A DNA stretch of 64,000 nt from a candidate division WOR-3 bacterium. Its GTDB lineage: Bacteria; Hydrothermota; Hydrothermia; Hydrothermales; Hydrothermaceae. The position numbers and the translations under genes were made by a program. This document shows, in pieces, positions 1 to 10,702 of the stretch. Where the stretch lies: positions 7,356 to 71,355 of the forward strand of contig CBFGJO010000002.1 of NCBI GenBank assembly GCA_965649125.1. The letters run 5' to 3'. Within the stretch, counting starts at the first letter, position 1. Each line of letters begins with the position of its first letter. The notes beneath the pieces are model-generated. The model searched no databases, was not told the origin of the DNA, and saw only the letters and a program-made list of their open reading frames with translations.

Positions 1-317
1 CGATTGTAAAATCAAAAGAACAAATATTAAAAACTACACTTGTAGCAGATGAAAGAGGTTCTGAAGAAAAGGAGTTTAAAGAGATAGAAGAGGAAGTAAA
101 GGAAATGCAAAAAAAATTAACAAAAATTGAATTAATTTATTATTTAGAGAATAAGATGAAGGAAATGGCTGAAATTTATGAATTTGAAAAGGCTACTAAA
201 TATAGAGACATATGGCTATCTTTAAAAAAAGAAGTGGAACCTTTTAAAAAAGGTAAAAAAACAAGAGGTAAAAGTTTTATTCAAAAATTAAAGTCAACAA
301 GAAGAAAATTCTTATAG
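1..317 (+). CDS. uvrB: Excinuclease ABC subunit B, C-terminal fragment; the ORF is open from the window edge
   Basis: The frame is open from position 3. The C-terminal UVR motif MKEMAEIYEFEKATKYRDIWLSL matches the UvrB/UvrC UVR domain. Confidence 0.55.
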   Translation, partial: IVKSKEQILKTTLVADERGSEEKEFKEIEEEVKEMQKKLTKIELIYYLENKMKEMAEIYEFEKATKYRDIWLSLKKEVEPFKKGKKTRGKSFIQKLKSTRRKFL

Positions 318-986
318 ATTAACTTTTCTTACTTTAATATTTAAAGGAATGATCAATCTAAAAATGCAGCCAGTTGAAAAGTGAGTATCAACTTCAATAT
401 TGCATGCTATAAATTTTGAAAGTCCTTTAACAATTGGAAGCCCGAGCCCAAATCCTTTATAAAATCTTTCATTAAATTGTGTAAAAGGTAAAAATATTTT
501 CCCCTTTATATCTCTATTAATCCCTATTCCTGAATCCTCTATCTCAATATAAACATTGTATTCATCTTTTTTAAAGGATACTCTTATTTTACCTTGTCCT
601 TTACATGCCCATATGGAATTTCTTAAAATTTCTATTAAAATAAATTTTAATATTTCTGGCTCGGAAATAAATGTAAAATCCCCTGGGAGAGAAATTTCAA
701 AATCTATAAATTTCATATCTTCTGTATTCTCAATTTCAGAAATAACATTTTTAATAAACCTTTCGGGTTCTATTTCCTTAAATTCTGTAACCACTTTACC
801 TTCAAGAATTTCAGAGAGTATTTCAAGCCTTTTTAAAAAAAGTCGCATTTTTTTATCCCTTGTCTCAAAATCAAGTAAATATATTCTTTTTAAAATATTA
901 TGAAGATGTTTAAGAGACAAGGCATAATCTTTTTTCTCCTCATGAAAAGAATTTTTTATATCTTTAGACTTATAAGAGAAAATCAT
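312..986 (-). CDS. Small cytoplasmic histidine-kinase-like protein (DHp-like helix plus HATPase_c)
   Basis: An N/G1/G2-box-like region (ILRNSIWACKG..IEIEDSGIGI..GFGLGLPIV) sits at the C-terminus. A candidate H-box lies near SFHEEKKDYALSLKHLH. The start overlaps the upstream gene by 4 nt. Confidence 0.55.
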   Translation of the reverse strand: MIFSYKSKDIKNSFHEEKKDYALSLKHLHNILKRIYLLDFETRDKKMRLFLKRLEILSEILEGKVVTEFKEIEPERFIKNVISEIENTEDMKFIDFEISLPGDFTFISEPEILKFILIEILRNSIWACKGQGKIRVSFKKDEYNVYIEIEDSGIGINRDIKGKIFLPFTQFNERFYKGFGLGLPIVKGLSKFIACNIEVDTHFSTGCIFRLIIPLNIKVRKVNL

Positions 987-3097
987 AAGAATATCTTTAT
1001 TTTATTACCAAGTCCTCTTTCAACTTCAATGTTTATTTTAAAATCGTGAATGTTAAAAACAAGGCCAATTATAGAAAATAAATCTTCTCTTTCTTTAGAC
1101 GAGTTTTTTAAATTTTCAATTTGAAATTTTGAAAGGCCTATACCTGTATCACTTATATAAATGAAATTTTTATCTTTATTTATTTCTATCTCCATTTTCC
1201 CATTTATTCTGTTATTTTTTAAAAGTTCATCAAATAAAGAAGAAAAGGCAAAATTTAAAAGGGGTTTATATCCATTTATAAAAATTTTGTCTTTTTTTAA
1301 AAAATAAAGAGTTATATTCTTTTTAATTATATTAGTTTTACTTTTTTCCAAAGTTTCTTCAATTAATTCTTTAACATCTATTTTTTCCTTTTTAGAGGTA
1401 AGGATTTCCTCTGCTTTAAAAGGTAAAGAAAAAATACTCTTTAATGTTTTTATTTTTACAGGTAAATCTTTCTCAAAAATAAGCATCTCCTCATATCTAT
1501 CTTTTTGTTCCTTAAAATTTATCCCAAAATATAACAAAATGTTAAATTCTTTCATAATTAAAGAATATAAAATATCCTCTTTTATTTCTTTGCAAATAAA
1601 ATATAAATTACATCTGTAAGAATTTAACTCTATACTTTCTTTTAAAACAAAATATCCTTTCCACTTAAATTTATCTTCCTTTACCTTTAAAATTTCTTCA
1701 AAATCGCTGAATGTAAAAATCCTTGAAGAGGAAAAAAACTTATTAATACTATCTTTTATAATTTCTAACCATACAACATCCTCTACTTCTAAATAAATTC
1801 CCTTGATCAATTTTGAGAGCAAATCAAAAACTCTTTTTATATCCCTTTCTTTTAAAATTAAAGGAGAAAGACTCTCTAAGGACTCGCTAATTTTTCTGTA
1901 TCTCTCAAAATTTTTTCTTATGGATTTATTTAAAAAAATAGTTTCTTTAAAATTTAATAGTAATGAATTTAAAACATTTTGAATGAAAGATGGCAAATTC
2001 TTTAAATTAACCGAGGTTTTTTCAAACTCTTCTTCTTTTAATTCTTTTTTAATTAAACTCTCAATGGATTTCAAATTTTCAAAAAGAATCTCATTAAAAA
2101 GGTTTACAGAAATTTCTTTTAACTTTTGTTCAAAAACATTTTTAAAAAATATCTCAAAATCTTTGATATTTAAAGAATAATAAATTTCACCAAATTTTGT
2201 TTCAATTTTATTTAAGTTCTCAGGAATTTTTTCAGGGGACTCCAAAAAACTGCCTTTGTAAACACAAAACTCTTCATTTAAAAAGGGAAATGAAACTTTT
2301 AAATATAAAGAAAAATTCTCCCCTATTTTTTCAAATTTTTTAGAAAGATCCAAAGCAAACTCTCTAAAATTTTTATATTCATTTGGATAAACCTTTTGAA
2401 TGAAGATTTCAAAAGAATCTAAGAATAAAAATTTGCTTGGTAAAAAATTTTTAACTATTTCATCTATCTTTTTATCATAGACGGGCAATTTTTTAAAACC
2501 CCATATAAGGATATTTTCATTATCTTTAAACACTTTAACATATTTTATATTTTTATCTTCTAAAAATTTTTTAATGTTATAATTTTTTATAGAATCCACA
2601 TCTAAGATCCCATCTTTGGTAAAAGTTAAATAAAAAAATTTATTATCTAAATTTATAGATGAATAAACAAGGAAGTAAAATGATTCGTATTTTTCTCTTA
2701 ACCATAAGAATATCTCACTCTCAGGGTAAAGAACTTTAAAAATCTCACCCAACGATTTTATAGATGTATAAGGTATTTTTATTTTTCCAAACTCTTCTTT
2801 TAATTTTTCAAAATAATATTCTAAACTATGATTTTCCACAAATTCTTTTAAAAGTAAAAATTTATTTTTAATTTTTCCCTCTTCTAACTTTTCTTTAAAA
2901 ACCAGAATGAGATTATCGCTTATTTTTTCATAAAAATAATCTTTTTCTATATCTCCATAAAGAAAAGGTGGCATTTCTTCCTTTGTTTCAAATAAAAGTA
3001 TATACCTTTTTTCACCTAAAAGAGTATATATACCACAGGAAATTTGAGGGAAAAGAATTTCTAAAATTTCACTAATTTTTAGCAAAAAATCATTCAT
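983..3097 (-). CDS. Large 704-aa protein with a C-terminal GHKL/HATPase_c-like domain; the N-terminal 550 aa have no recognisable domain
   Basis: The C-terminus reads LFDELLKNNRINGKMEIEI..FIYISDTGIGL..ERGLGNKIKIF, which is N-box/G-box-like. No TM segments are seen. It is translationally coupled to both neighbours. Confidence 0.45.
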   Translation of the reverse strand: MNDFLLKISEILEILFPQISCGIYTLLGEKRYILLFETKEEMPPFLYGDIEKDYFYEKISDNLILVFKEKLEEGKIKNKFLLLKEFVENHSLEYYFEKLKEEFGKIKIPYTSIKSLGEIFKVLYPESEIFLWLREKYESFYFLVYSSINLDNKFFYLTFTKDGILDVDSIKNYNIKKFLEDKNIKYVKVFKDNENILIWGFKKLPVYDKKIDEIVKNFLPSKFLFLDSFEIFIQKVYPNEYKNFREFALDLSKKFEKIGENFSLYLKVSFPFLNEEFCVYKGSFLESPEKIPENLNKIETKFGEIYYSLNIKDFEIFFKNVFEQKLKEISVNLFNEILFENLKSIESLIKKELKEEEFEKTSVNLKNLPSFIQNVLNSLLLNFKETIFLNKSIRKNFERYRKISESLESLSPLILKERDIKRVFDLLSKLIKGIYLEVEDVVWLEIIKDSINKFFSSSRIFTFSDFEEILKVKEDKFKWKGYFVLKESIELNSYRCNLYFICKEIKEDILYSLIMKEFNILLYFGINFKEQKDRYEEMLIFEKDLPVKIKTLKSIFSLPFKAEEILTSKKEKIDVKELIEETLEKSKTNIIKKNITLYFLKKDKIFINGYKPLLNFAFSSLFDELLKNNRINGKMEIEINKDKNFIYISDTGIGLSKFQIENLKNSSKEREDLFSIIGLVFNIHDFKINIEVERGLGNKIKIFL

Positions 3098-3954
3098 TTT
3101 TCTATATACTTTATTTCTTTATAAAATTTTGAAAAGTCAGGGTTTATTCCGAGCAATCTTCCAATACGTACATTGTAATAATAATCAAAATCGTCAGGAT
3201 ACTGAATCGGAATAGTAAGCGGATTCTTCCCCTCTCCTATTTTTTTAACAAGTTCATAAATCTTATTCTTATATTTATCCTCGTTTACTTCGATTGAAAA
3301 GACAAATCCCTGTTCGCAAAGTAAACGGGAATAACCTATAATTATTTTTTTTTCTTCTAAGGAGAATCTTATAATATATTTTATGAAAGCGGGATTTAAG
3401 GTAATTTCATTTGGGAAAATCCATATCATATCACATTTTTTTAATTCAGGGATAGCTTCTGATAGCACTCCCGGTTTAATTTCTAAAACCTTTAACAAAA
3501 TATTAAAATTTTTAGATATCCTTTTAGCCTCTTCAACATAAGAAAAATCACTCTTTCCTTCTGGAATAATTACCACGGCACTTTTATTTACAAATCCAAT
3601 AGAATTCAAAAATGAGAAGATAATTGAAGCAGGAGGTGTATAAAAAATCCCTGTCATATTTACATTTAAAGGAATAAGTGGGTCTTCAATATAAAATAAT
3701 ACGCAGGGCACATTCTCAAAATTTTTTGGGAAATCAGTTAAAAACTTTTTTTCAAAAGTAAAAATAAGGGAAGGAACAAAATCAATTATAGAGGAAACAT
3801 TATTAGATGAGGAAATTATTATTTTCTTTTTTTTAAAAAAAGAAATAAACTTCTTTCTAAACTCCTCAGGAAATTCCCTTTTATCAGTAACTATTAAAAT
3901 TTCTCCATTTGCTATGTAAATTGTAATTAATAAAATAAAGAAAATTTTCTTCAT
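3094..3954 (-). CDS. Secreted periplasmic solute-binding-like protein (ABC_sub_bind-like sensor domain)
   Basis: An N-terminal signal peptide (MKKIFFILLITIYIANG) is followed by an alpha/beta pattern resembling the PF04392-type periplasmic binding fold. It is first in an operon with two HATPase proteins. Confidence 0.35.
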   Translation of the reverse strand: MKKIFFILLITIYIANGEILIVTDKREFPEEFRKKFISFFKKKKIIISSSNNVSSIIDFVPSLIFTFEKKFLTDFPKNFENVPCVLFYIEDPLIPLNVNMTGIFYTPPASIIFSFLNSIGFVNKSAVVIIPEGKSDFSYVEEAKRISKNFNILLKVLEIKPGVLSEAIPELKKCDMIWIFPNEITLNPAFIKYIIRFSLEEKKIIIGYSRLLCEQGFVFSIEVNEDKYKNKIYELVKKIGEGKNPLTIPIQYPDDFDYYYNVRIGRLLGINPDFSKFYKEIKYIEK

Positions 3955-4013
3955 GAATAATTATATGATAAAGAATTCTAATCAAAAAGTCAAGTTAAAA
4001 ATGCTCTCTAAAA

Positions 4014-4271
4014 CTATCCCAAGAAATACCTGTAAGTTCTGAATGCCATGAGGGTTTGTGTTCTTTCAATATTTTTTACTTTATGAATTTTCTCAACAAT
4101 CACCTCACCTAAATGTTCATATTTTTCTGCTTCAATAATTGCAAGCAAATCAAATTCACCTGTCACCATATAAAGTTCTTTTATTTCTTCAATTGCTAAA
4201 AGTTCCTTGCTCACTTCAGGAAGTTTTCCAACACTTACTTTCATTAAGACAAAAGCACTGTATTTGTTCAT
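4014..4271 (-). CDS. Stand-alone RAM (Lrp/AsnC C-terminal ligand-binding) domain protein, no HTH
   Basis: The 85-aa protein has an AsnC_trans_reg-like pattern (VLMKV..ELLAIEEIKELYMVTGEFDLLAIIEA). It is divergent from the carboxylase operon. Confidence 0.55.
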   Translation of the reverse strand: MNKYSAFVLMKVSVGKLPEVSKELLAIEEIKELYMVTGEFDLLAIIEAEKYEHLGEVIVEKIHKVKNIERTQTLMAFRTYRYFLG

Positions 4272-4375
4272 TTTTCCTCCTTTTTAATTTTAGAGATATT
4301 AATTATAAAGAAAGAAACTTTATTTTTTCAATAACTCAAAATCCTTTATAATTAAAAAGTAAAAAGGAGTAAAAA

Positions 4376-5926
4376 ATGAAAACAAAAGAAAAAATTAAAG
4401 AATTAGAAGGTTTAATTGAAAAATCTATGTTAGGAGGAGGAAAGGAAAAAATAGAAGAACAGCATAAAAAGGGAAAATTAACGGCAAGGGAGAGAATTGA
4501 ATCGCTCCTTGACCCTGGAAGTTTTGAAGAATTTGACAAGTTCGTTACTCACCATTGCTATGATTTTGGAATGGAGAAAAGAAAAATCTTGGGAGATGGA
4601 GTAATAACGGGATTTGGAAGGATAAGGGGTAGACCTGTGTTTGTATTTTCTCAGGATTTCACAGTATTTGGAGGGAGTTTATCCTATCCCTATGCTGAAA
4701 AGATATGCAAAATAATGGATCTTGCTATGGAAAATGGCGTGCCATTAATAGGTTTAAATGATTCAGGAGGAGCAAGAATTCAGGAAGGTGTTGTTTCTCT
4801 TGCAGGATATGCAGAGATTTTCTGGAGAAATGTTATGGCTTCCGGAGTGATTCCGCAGATATCAGCGATAATGGGGCCATGCGCTGGTGGAGCAGTTTAT
4901 TCTCCTGCACTCACAGATTTTATTTTCATGGTAGAAAAAACAAGTTATATGTTTATTACAGGACCTGAGGTGATAAAAGCAGTAACAGGAGAAATTGTGA
5001 GTTTTGAAGAACTTGGTGGGGCAAAGGTTCATGCAGAGATCTCAGGAATAGCACATTTTACTGCAAAAGATGACTATGAATGTATTGAAAAAATAAAAAA
5101 ACTTTTTGAATATCTACCATTAAACAATTTAGAAGACCCTCCTTATATTGAGACTGATGATCCTGAAGATAGAATATGTGAAGAATTAGATGAAATAATC
5201 CCTGATGACCCTGATATTCCTTATGATATGAAAAAAGTAATTGAAAGTATAGTTGATAAAGGAACATTCTTTGAGGTTCATGAAAAGTACGCACCTAACA
5301 TAATTGTAGGATTTGCAAGGATGGGTGGAAAAGTAGTTGGTATAGTAGCACAACAGCCTCTTTATCTTGCTGGGGCACTTGATATTGATGCATCAATAAA
5401 AGGGGCAAGATTCGTAAGATTCTGTGATGCCTTTAATATACCTCTTATAATTCTTGAAGATGTACCCGGATTTTTACCTGGTGTTGAACAAGAACATAGA
5501 GGAATAATCAAGCACGGAGCAAAACTTTTGTATGCTTTTTCAGAAGCAACTGTGCCAAGGATAACAGTGATAACAAGAAAATCCTATGGTGGTGCTTATT
5601 GTGTGATGTCTTCAAAACAGATAAGAGGAGATATAAATTTTGCATGGCCAACTGCTGAGATAGCAGTAATGGGACCAGAAGGCGCTGTTAATATAATATT
5701 TAGAAAAGAAATAGAACAGAGTGAGAACCCTGATATGCTTAGAGAAAAACTTATAAAAGAATATAGGGATAAATTTGCAAACCCTTATGTTGCAGCATCT
5801 TATGGATACATTGATGATGTCATAAAGCCAAGTGAAACAAGGAAAAAGATAATAAGTTCATTAAAAATGCTTGAAAATAAAAGCGCGAGCATACCCCGTA
5901 AAAAACATGGAAATATCCCACTATGA
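4376..5926 (+). CDS. pccB: Acyl-CoA carboxylase carboxyltransferase subunit (propionyl-CoA carboxylase beta / methylmalonyl-CoA decarboxylase alpha family)
   Basis: It shows full-length similarity to carboxyl transferase ([19 protein letters not shown]..). An RBS (AAAAGGAG) lies upstream. Confidence 0.9.
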   Translation: MKTKEKIKELEGLIEKSMLGGGKEKIEEQHKKGKLTARERIESLLDPGSFEEFDKFVTHHCYDFGMEKRKILGDGVITGFGRIRGRPVFVFSQDFTVFGGSLSYPYAEKICKIMDLAMENGVPLIGLNDSGGARIQEGVVSLAGYAEIFWRNVMASGVIPQISAIMGPCAGGAVYSPALTDFIFMVEKTSYMFITGPEVIKAVTGEIVSFEELGGAKVHAEISGIAHFTAKDDYECIEKIKKLFEYLPLNNLEDPPYIETDDPEDRICEELDEIIPDDPDIPYDMKKVIESIVDKGTFFEVHEKYAPNIIVGFARMGGKVVGIVAQQPLYLAGALDIDASIKGARFVRFCDAFNIPLIILEDVPGFLPGVEQEHRGIIKHGAKLLYAFSEATVPRITVITRKSYGGAYCVMSSKQIRGDINFAWPTAEIAVMGPEGAVNIIFRKEIEQSENPDMLREKLIKEYRDKFANPYVAASYGYIDDVIKPSETRKKIISSLKMLENKSASIPRKKHGNIPL

Positions 5927-7404
5927 TTAAAAAAGTTTTAATTGCAAACAGGGGCGAAATCGCGATAAGGATAGCAAAAACACTTAAAGAGATCGGAATA
6001 AAAACTGTATCCATTTATTCAGATGCAGATAAGGAATCGCTCCATATAAGAAAAACTGATGAAACCTATTATCTTGGTCATTCAAAACCTTCAGAAAGTT
6101 ATTTAAATATTGAAAAAATAATTGAAATAGCAAAAAAATGTAAAGCAGATGCAATACATCCGGGATATGGTTTTCTTGCAGAAAATCCAAAATTTGCAAA
6201 GGAATGCGAAAAAAATGGAATAATTTTTATAGGACCTTCTTCAGAATCATTAGAAAAAAGTGGGGATAAAATATTTGCAAGAAAGGCTGCAAAGGAATGC
6301 GGTGTAAATATTATACCGGGAACTGAAACAGGAACGGAAAATTATGAAGAATTTGAAAGGATGGGTGAGAAAATTGGCTTTCCTTTAATGATAAAAGCAG
6401 CACTCGGAGGAGGAGGTAAAGGAATGAGAATAGTTGAAAGAAAAGAAAATTTAAAGAGTGCTTTTGAACTTGCAAGAAAGGAAGCCATAGAGGCATTTGC
6501 TGATGGAACCCTTTATGTTGAAAAGTATCTTAAAGATCCAAGGCATATTGAAATCCAGATACTGGGAGATAAATATGGAAATTATATCCATCTTTTTGAA
6601 AGAGAATGCTCTATTCAAAGAAGACATCAGAAGATAATTGAGGAAGCACCTTCTCCTTTCATGGATGAAAATCTTAGAAAAAATATGAGTGAAGCAGCAA
6701 TAGAAATAGCAAGAAAGATAGGATATTATAATGCAGGAACAATAGAATTTCTTGTGGATGAAAACAAAAATTTTTATTTTCTTGAAATAAATGCAAGACT
6801 GCAGGTAGAGCATCCTGTCACTGAAATGATAACAGGGAAAGACCTTGTAAGAGCACAGATTGAAATAGCAAATGGCAGAAAGTTACCCTGGAAAATAGAA
6901 GAGATAAGTCTTAGGGGACATGCGATTGAATGCAGAATATATGCAGAAGACCCATTAAATAACTTTGCCCCATCCCCTGGAAAAATAGAATTTCTGAGTG
7001 AACCTAAGGGTCCATACATAAGGGTTGATTCAGGAATATATGAAGGATGGGAAATACCTCTTTTTTATGATCCACTTATTTCAAAATTGATTGTCTGGAG
7101 TGAAAAAAGGGAAGAGGCAATTGAAAAAATGAAAGAGGCACTTAAAGAATATATAATTATTGGGGTAAAAACAATTATACCCTTTTTGTTAAAAATAATC
7201 CAAAATGAGAATTTCAAAAAGGGAACTTATCATACAAACTTTTTAAGGGAATTTAGTTTCAAAGAGGAAGAGGAGAAAGAAGAAAAACTTTTAAAAGTTG
7301 CGATTTTGGGGCTACTTCTGGAAAATAAAGGAATAGAAATAAAGACAAAAAAGGAAAGTTATAACGCATGGAAGATAATAAACAGATTGAGGAGTTTATA
7401 TTGA
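5923..7404 (+). CDS. accC: Biotin carboxylase subunit
   Basis: It has the ATP-grasp biotin carboxylase signature [41 protein letters not shown]. Confidence 0.92.
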   Translation: MIKKVLIANRGEIAIRIAKTLKEIGIKTVSIYSDADKESLHIRKTDETYYLGHSKPSESYLNIEKIIEIAKKCKADAIHPGYGFLAENPKFAKECEKNGIIFIGPSSESLEKSGDKIFARKAAKECGVNIIPGTETGTENYEEFERMGEKIGFPLMIKAALGGGGKGMRIVERKENLKSAFELARKEAIEAFADGTLYVEKYLKDPRHIEIQILGDKYGNYIHLFERECSIQRRHQKIIEEAPSPFMDENLRKNMSEAAIEIARKIGYYNAGTIEFLVDENKNFYFLEINARLQVEHPVTEMITGKDLVRAQIEIANGRKLPWKIEEISLRGHAIECRIYAEDPLNNFAPSPGKIEFLSEPKGPYIRVDSGIYEGWEIPLFYDPLISKLIVWSEKREEAIEKMKEALKEYIIIGVKTIIPFLLKIIQNENFKKGTYHTNFLREFSFKEEEEKEEKLLKVAILGLLLENKGIEIKTKKESYNAWKIINRLRSLY

Positions 7405-7886
7405 AAAAACATATATTTGTAAACAGGAAAGAATTTGAAATTGAAATTAAAAATGAAGGGAGAAAAAGTATATTCATCAGCAAAGATAAAAAAATAGAGG
7501 CTGAATTAATTGATAAAAAAATAGAGGGAAAATTTTTCGCAATTATAGGGAATGAATGTGTTGAATTTCTGTTTTTAAGAAAAGGTGGAAACAAAAGTAT
7601 TATAATATTTGATGGTAAGGAATATGAAGTTGAAATTGGAGAAAAAAAGTATATTGAAAAAGAAATAATGGATAATTTTGTTTACGCTCCTATGCCAGGA
7701 ATGGTTACAGAAATAAAGGTGAAAGTAGGAGAGAAAGTGAATAAAGGGGCGCCACTTCTTATTATGGAATCAATGAAGATGCAAATAGAAATTTCTGCAC
7801 CTTTTGATGGAGAAGTTGAAGAGATATATATAAAAGAAAATAGTCCTATTAAAAAAGAAGACAAACTTTTAAAAATGAAAAAATGA
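7368..7886 (+). CDS. Biotin carboxyl carrier protein with an unusual ~100-aa N-terminal extension
   Basis: The C-terminal biotinyl domain contains the EAPMPGMV..ESMKMQIEI motif (biotinyl-lysine in MKM). An alternative TTG start at 7401 overlaps the accC stop. Confidence 0.8.
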   Translation: MEDNKQIEEFILKKHIFVNRKEFEIEIKNEGRKSIFISKDKKIEAELIDKKIEGKFFAIIGNECVEFLFLRKGGNKSIIIFDGKEYEVEIGEKKYIEKEIMDNFVYAPMPGMVTEIKVKVGEKVNKGAPLLIMESMKMQIEISAPFDGEVEEIYIKENSPIKKEDKLLKMKK

Positions 7887-9433
7887 AAGAAAAATATTAT
7901 TTTACACCGGAGGATATAAAAGACATAAACTATGAAAAGGATGTTTCTAATCCCGGGAAATTTCCCTTTACAAGAGGAATCCACGAAACAATGTATAGAG
8001 GGAAACTGTGGACAATGAGACAGTATGCAGGATATGGAACATCTAAGGAGACAAATGAAAGGTTTAGATATTTACTTTCACAGGGACAAACAGGGCTTTC
8101 AATTGCTTTTGATTTACCAACACAACTTGGTATGGATTCTGATCACCCTTTTGCAAGAGGTGAAGTTGGAAAAGTAGGAGTGGCAGTAAGTACACTCTTG
8201 GATATGGAAGAGATATTTAAAGGAATAAAACTTGACAGGGTTTCAACATCTATGACAATAAACGCAACAGCAAATATAATACTTGCAATGTATATATTGA
8301 TTGCTAAGAAAAATGGAGTGGATGAAAATCTTTTGAGTGGAACAGTACAGAATGACCCTTTAAAAGAGTTCCTTGCAAGAGGAAATTATATATTTCCACC
8401 AAAGGAATCTTTAAGACTTTCAATTGATATATGGGAATACTGTATAAAAAATATGCCAAAATGGTATTTTGTTTCAATATCTGGATACCATATAAGGGAA
8501 AAAGGAGCAACTGCAAGCCAGGAAATTGCCTTCACCTTTGCCAATGGAATTGAATATATAGAAAATGCTCTTTCAAGAGGACTTGATATTGATAAAATTG
8601 GTGAAAGAATTTCATTTTTCTTTGGTGTTCACAACAATTTCTTTGAAGAAATTGCAAAATTTAGAGCAGCAAGAAAGGTATGGGCAAGAATAATGAAAGA
8701 AAGATTCAAAGCAAGAAATGAAAATTCAATAAAAATGAGATTCCATACCCAAACATGTGGATCAACACTCACATACCAGGAGCCACAAAATAATATAATA
8801 AGGGTTACATTACAAGCACTTGCAGCAGTTCTTGGAGGAACCCAGAGCCTTCATACCAACTCTTTTGATGAAGCAATAGGATTACCATCTCGTGAAGCGG
8901 TAAGGATTGCTTTAAGAACACAGCAAATTATTGCCTATGAAAGTAAAATTACAGAATATGCTGATCCTCTCGGGGGTTCTTATTTAATAGAGAGATTAAC
9001 AAAAGATATGGAAGAAGAAATAATGGAAATCATAAGGGATATTGAAGAAAGAGGCGGAGCATTGAAATGTGTTGAAACAGGTTATATGAAAAAATTAATT
9101 GAAGAAAGTGCTTACAGGTATCAAAAAAATGTAGAAGAAAAAAAAGAATATATTGTAGGTGTAAATATTTTTAAGGATGAAGCAAAGGTGCCATCACCTG
9201 AAATAAAAATATCTGAAGAAATATATGAAAGTAGAAAAGAATTTTTAAAAAAGTTTAGAGAGAAAAGAAACAAAGAGGAGGTGAAAAAATGTATAGATAT
9301 TATAAAAGAGAAGGCATATAAGGGTGAAAATCTAATGCCTTATATAAAAGAAGGTGTTGAAAAAAACTTGACACTCGGTGAAATATGTGAAGCACTAAAA
9401 GAGATATTTGGAGAATATAAGGAAAAGGAGTAA
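7883..9433 (+). CDS. Methylmalonyl-CoA mutase, catalytic (N-terminal/TIM-barrel) subunit without a B12-binding domain
   Basis: It shows MCM large-domain similarity (FTRGIHETMYRGKLWTMRQYAGYG..). It ends before any B12-binding Rossmann domain. Confidence 0.88.
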   Translation: MKEKYYFTPEDIKDINYEKDVSNPGKFPFTRGIHETMYRGKLWTMRQYAGYGTSKETNERFRYLLSQGQTGLSIAFDLPTQLGMDSDHPFARGEVGKVGVAVSTLLDMEEIFKGIKLDRVSTSMTINATANIILAMYILIAKKNGVDENLLSGTVQNDPLKEFLARGNYIFPPKESLRLSIDIWEYCIKNMPKWYFVSISGYHIREKGATASQEIAFTFANGIEYIENALSRGLDIDKIGERISFFFGVHNNFFEEIAKFRAARKVWARIMKERFKARNENSIKMRFHTQTCGSTLTYQEPQNNIIRVTLQALAAVLGGTQSLHTNSFDEAIGLPSREAVRIALRTQQIIAYESKITEYADPLGGSYLIERLTKDMEEEIMEIIRDIEERGGALKCVETGYMKKLIEESAYRYQKNVEEKKEYIVGVNIFKDEAKVPSPEIKISEEIYESRKEFLKKFREKRNKEEVKKCIDIIKEKAYKGENLMPYIKEGVEKNLTLGEICEALKEIFGEYKEKE

Positions 9434-9436
9434 AAT

Positions 9437-10702
9437 ATGCCATTTTTAATGATAGTTGGGCTTGGATGGGGTGACGAAGGAAAAGGGAAAATAATAAGTG
9501 CATTAAAAGATGAATTTGATATAGTTGTAAGATTTCAAGGTGGATCAAATGCAGGACATACAGTTTATATAGAAAATAAAAAGGTAGTTTTTCGTCAAAT
9601 TCCTTCAGGACTTTTTCATAAAGATAAAATAGGAATTTTAGGTCCCTATGAATTGATAGACCTTGAACTTCTTTTAAAAGAAGTGGAAGAACTTGAGGAG
9701 ATGGATTTAAAAATAATGGAGAGAATTTATATTGATGAAAGATGCCCGCTTGTTTTGCCCTATCATAAATTCATTGACGAACTTGAAGAAGAAAAAAGTG
9801 GAAAAATAGGGACAACAAAAAGGGGGATAGGACCTGCTTATTCAGAGTTTATTGCAAGAAAGAGTATAAGAATAGGGAATTTAAAAGAGGAAAGAGATTT
9901 AAATGAAAGGTTTAAAGATTCTTTTGAATGGAATTCGGTTATTTTAGGTGGAAAATATGGACAAGCACCACCTGATAAGAAAATTATTATTAAAAATTTA
10001 AAGGATAATTTTGAAAAAATAAGAGAAAGAGTAACTGATACGATAAAGTTTATCCATGAGAGCGAAAAAAATAATAAAAGGATATTAATTGAAGGGGCAC
10101 AGGGCAGCCTTCTTGATGTAATCCTTGGAACATATCCCTATGTAACTTCTTCATTTACTATTGCAGGTGGTGCTTCTGCAAGTTTAGGAATACCTCCTTA
10201 TAAGATAGATAGAATAATAGGTGTTTTAAAAGCGTACGCTACAAGAGTTGGAAAAGGTCCTTTCCCAACAGAATGTAAAGACAGAATGAACGAATTTTTA
10301 AGAGAAAAAGGTGAAGAATATGGAGCAGTAACTTTAAGACCAAGAAGATGTGGATGGCTTGATCTTGTTGCCTCTAAATATGCATGTATTATAAATGGAC
10401 CAACAGAAATTGCATTAACAAAGATTGATGTCCTTTCAGGTATAAGTGAGATAAAAATATGTGTTGAATATGAAATCAATGGAGAAAGAACTAAATTTCC
10501 GCCTGTAAATATTTCTGAATGGTTCAAAATAAAACCAATATATAAACACTTTGAAGGTTTTGAAATTAAAAGTGACATTAAAAATTATCAAGATCTTCCT
10601 AAAAATTTAAAAAAGATAATAGATTTCATTGAAGAATACCTTGAAGTCCCTATAAAGATGATATCAATAGGAAAGGAAAAATCCCAGATTATATATAAAT
10701 GA
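9437..10702 (+). CDS. purA: Adenylosuccinate synthetase
   Basis: It has the GWGDEGKGKI P-loop and GGSNAGHTV motifs. Confidence 0.95.
   Translation: MPFLMIVGLGWGDEGKGKIISALKDEFDIVVRFQGGSNAGHTVYIENKKVVFRQIPSGLFHKDKIGILGPYELIDLELLLKEVEELEEMDLKIMERIYIDERCPLVLPYHKFIDELEEEKSGKIGTTKRGIGPAYSEFIARKSIRIGNLKEERDLNERFKDSFEWNSVILGGKYGQAPPDKKIIIKNLKDNFEKIRERVTDTIKFIHESEKNNKRILIEGAQGSLLDVILGTYPYVTSSFTIAGGASASLGIPPYKIDRIIGVLKAYATRVGKGPFPTECKDRMNEFLREKGEEYGAVTLRPRRCGWLDLVASKYACIINGPTEIALTKIDVLSGISEIKICVEYEINGERTKFPPVNISEWFKIKPIYKHFEGFEIKSDIKNYQDLPKNLKKIIDFIEEYLEVPIKMISIGKEKSQIIYK

Noticed and set aside
556-903. Antisense ORFs embedded in longer genes (for example 556-903, 1983-2180, 5058-5294, 13033-13270, 27466-27828, 28066-28374, 53347-53616, 54965-55582)
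   Set aside because: Each lies within a longer ORF on the opposite strand that has clear homology. They are low-complexity and lack an RBS.
4336-4539. 67-aa minus-strand ORF overlapping the pccB start
   Set aside because: It overlaps the RBS and 5' end of a strongly supported gene. It has low-complexity composition and no start context.
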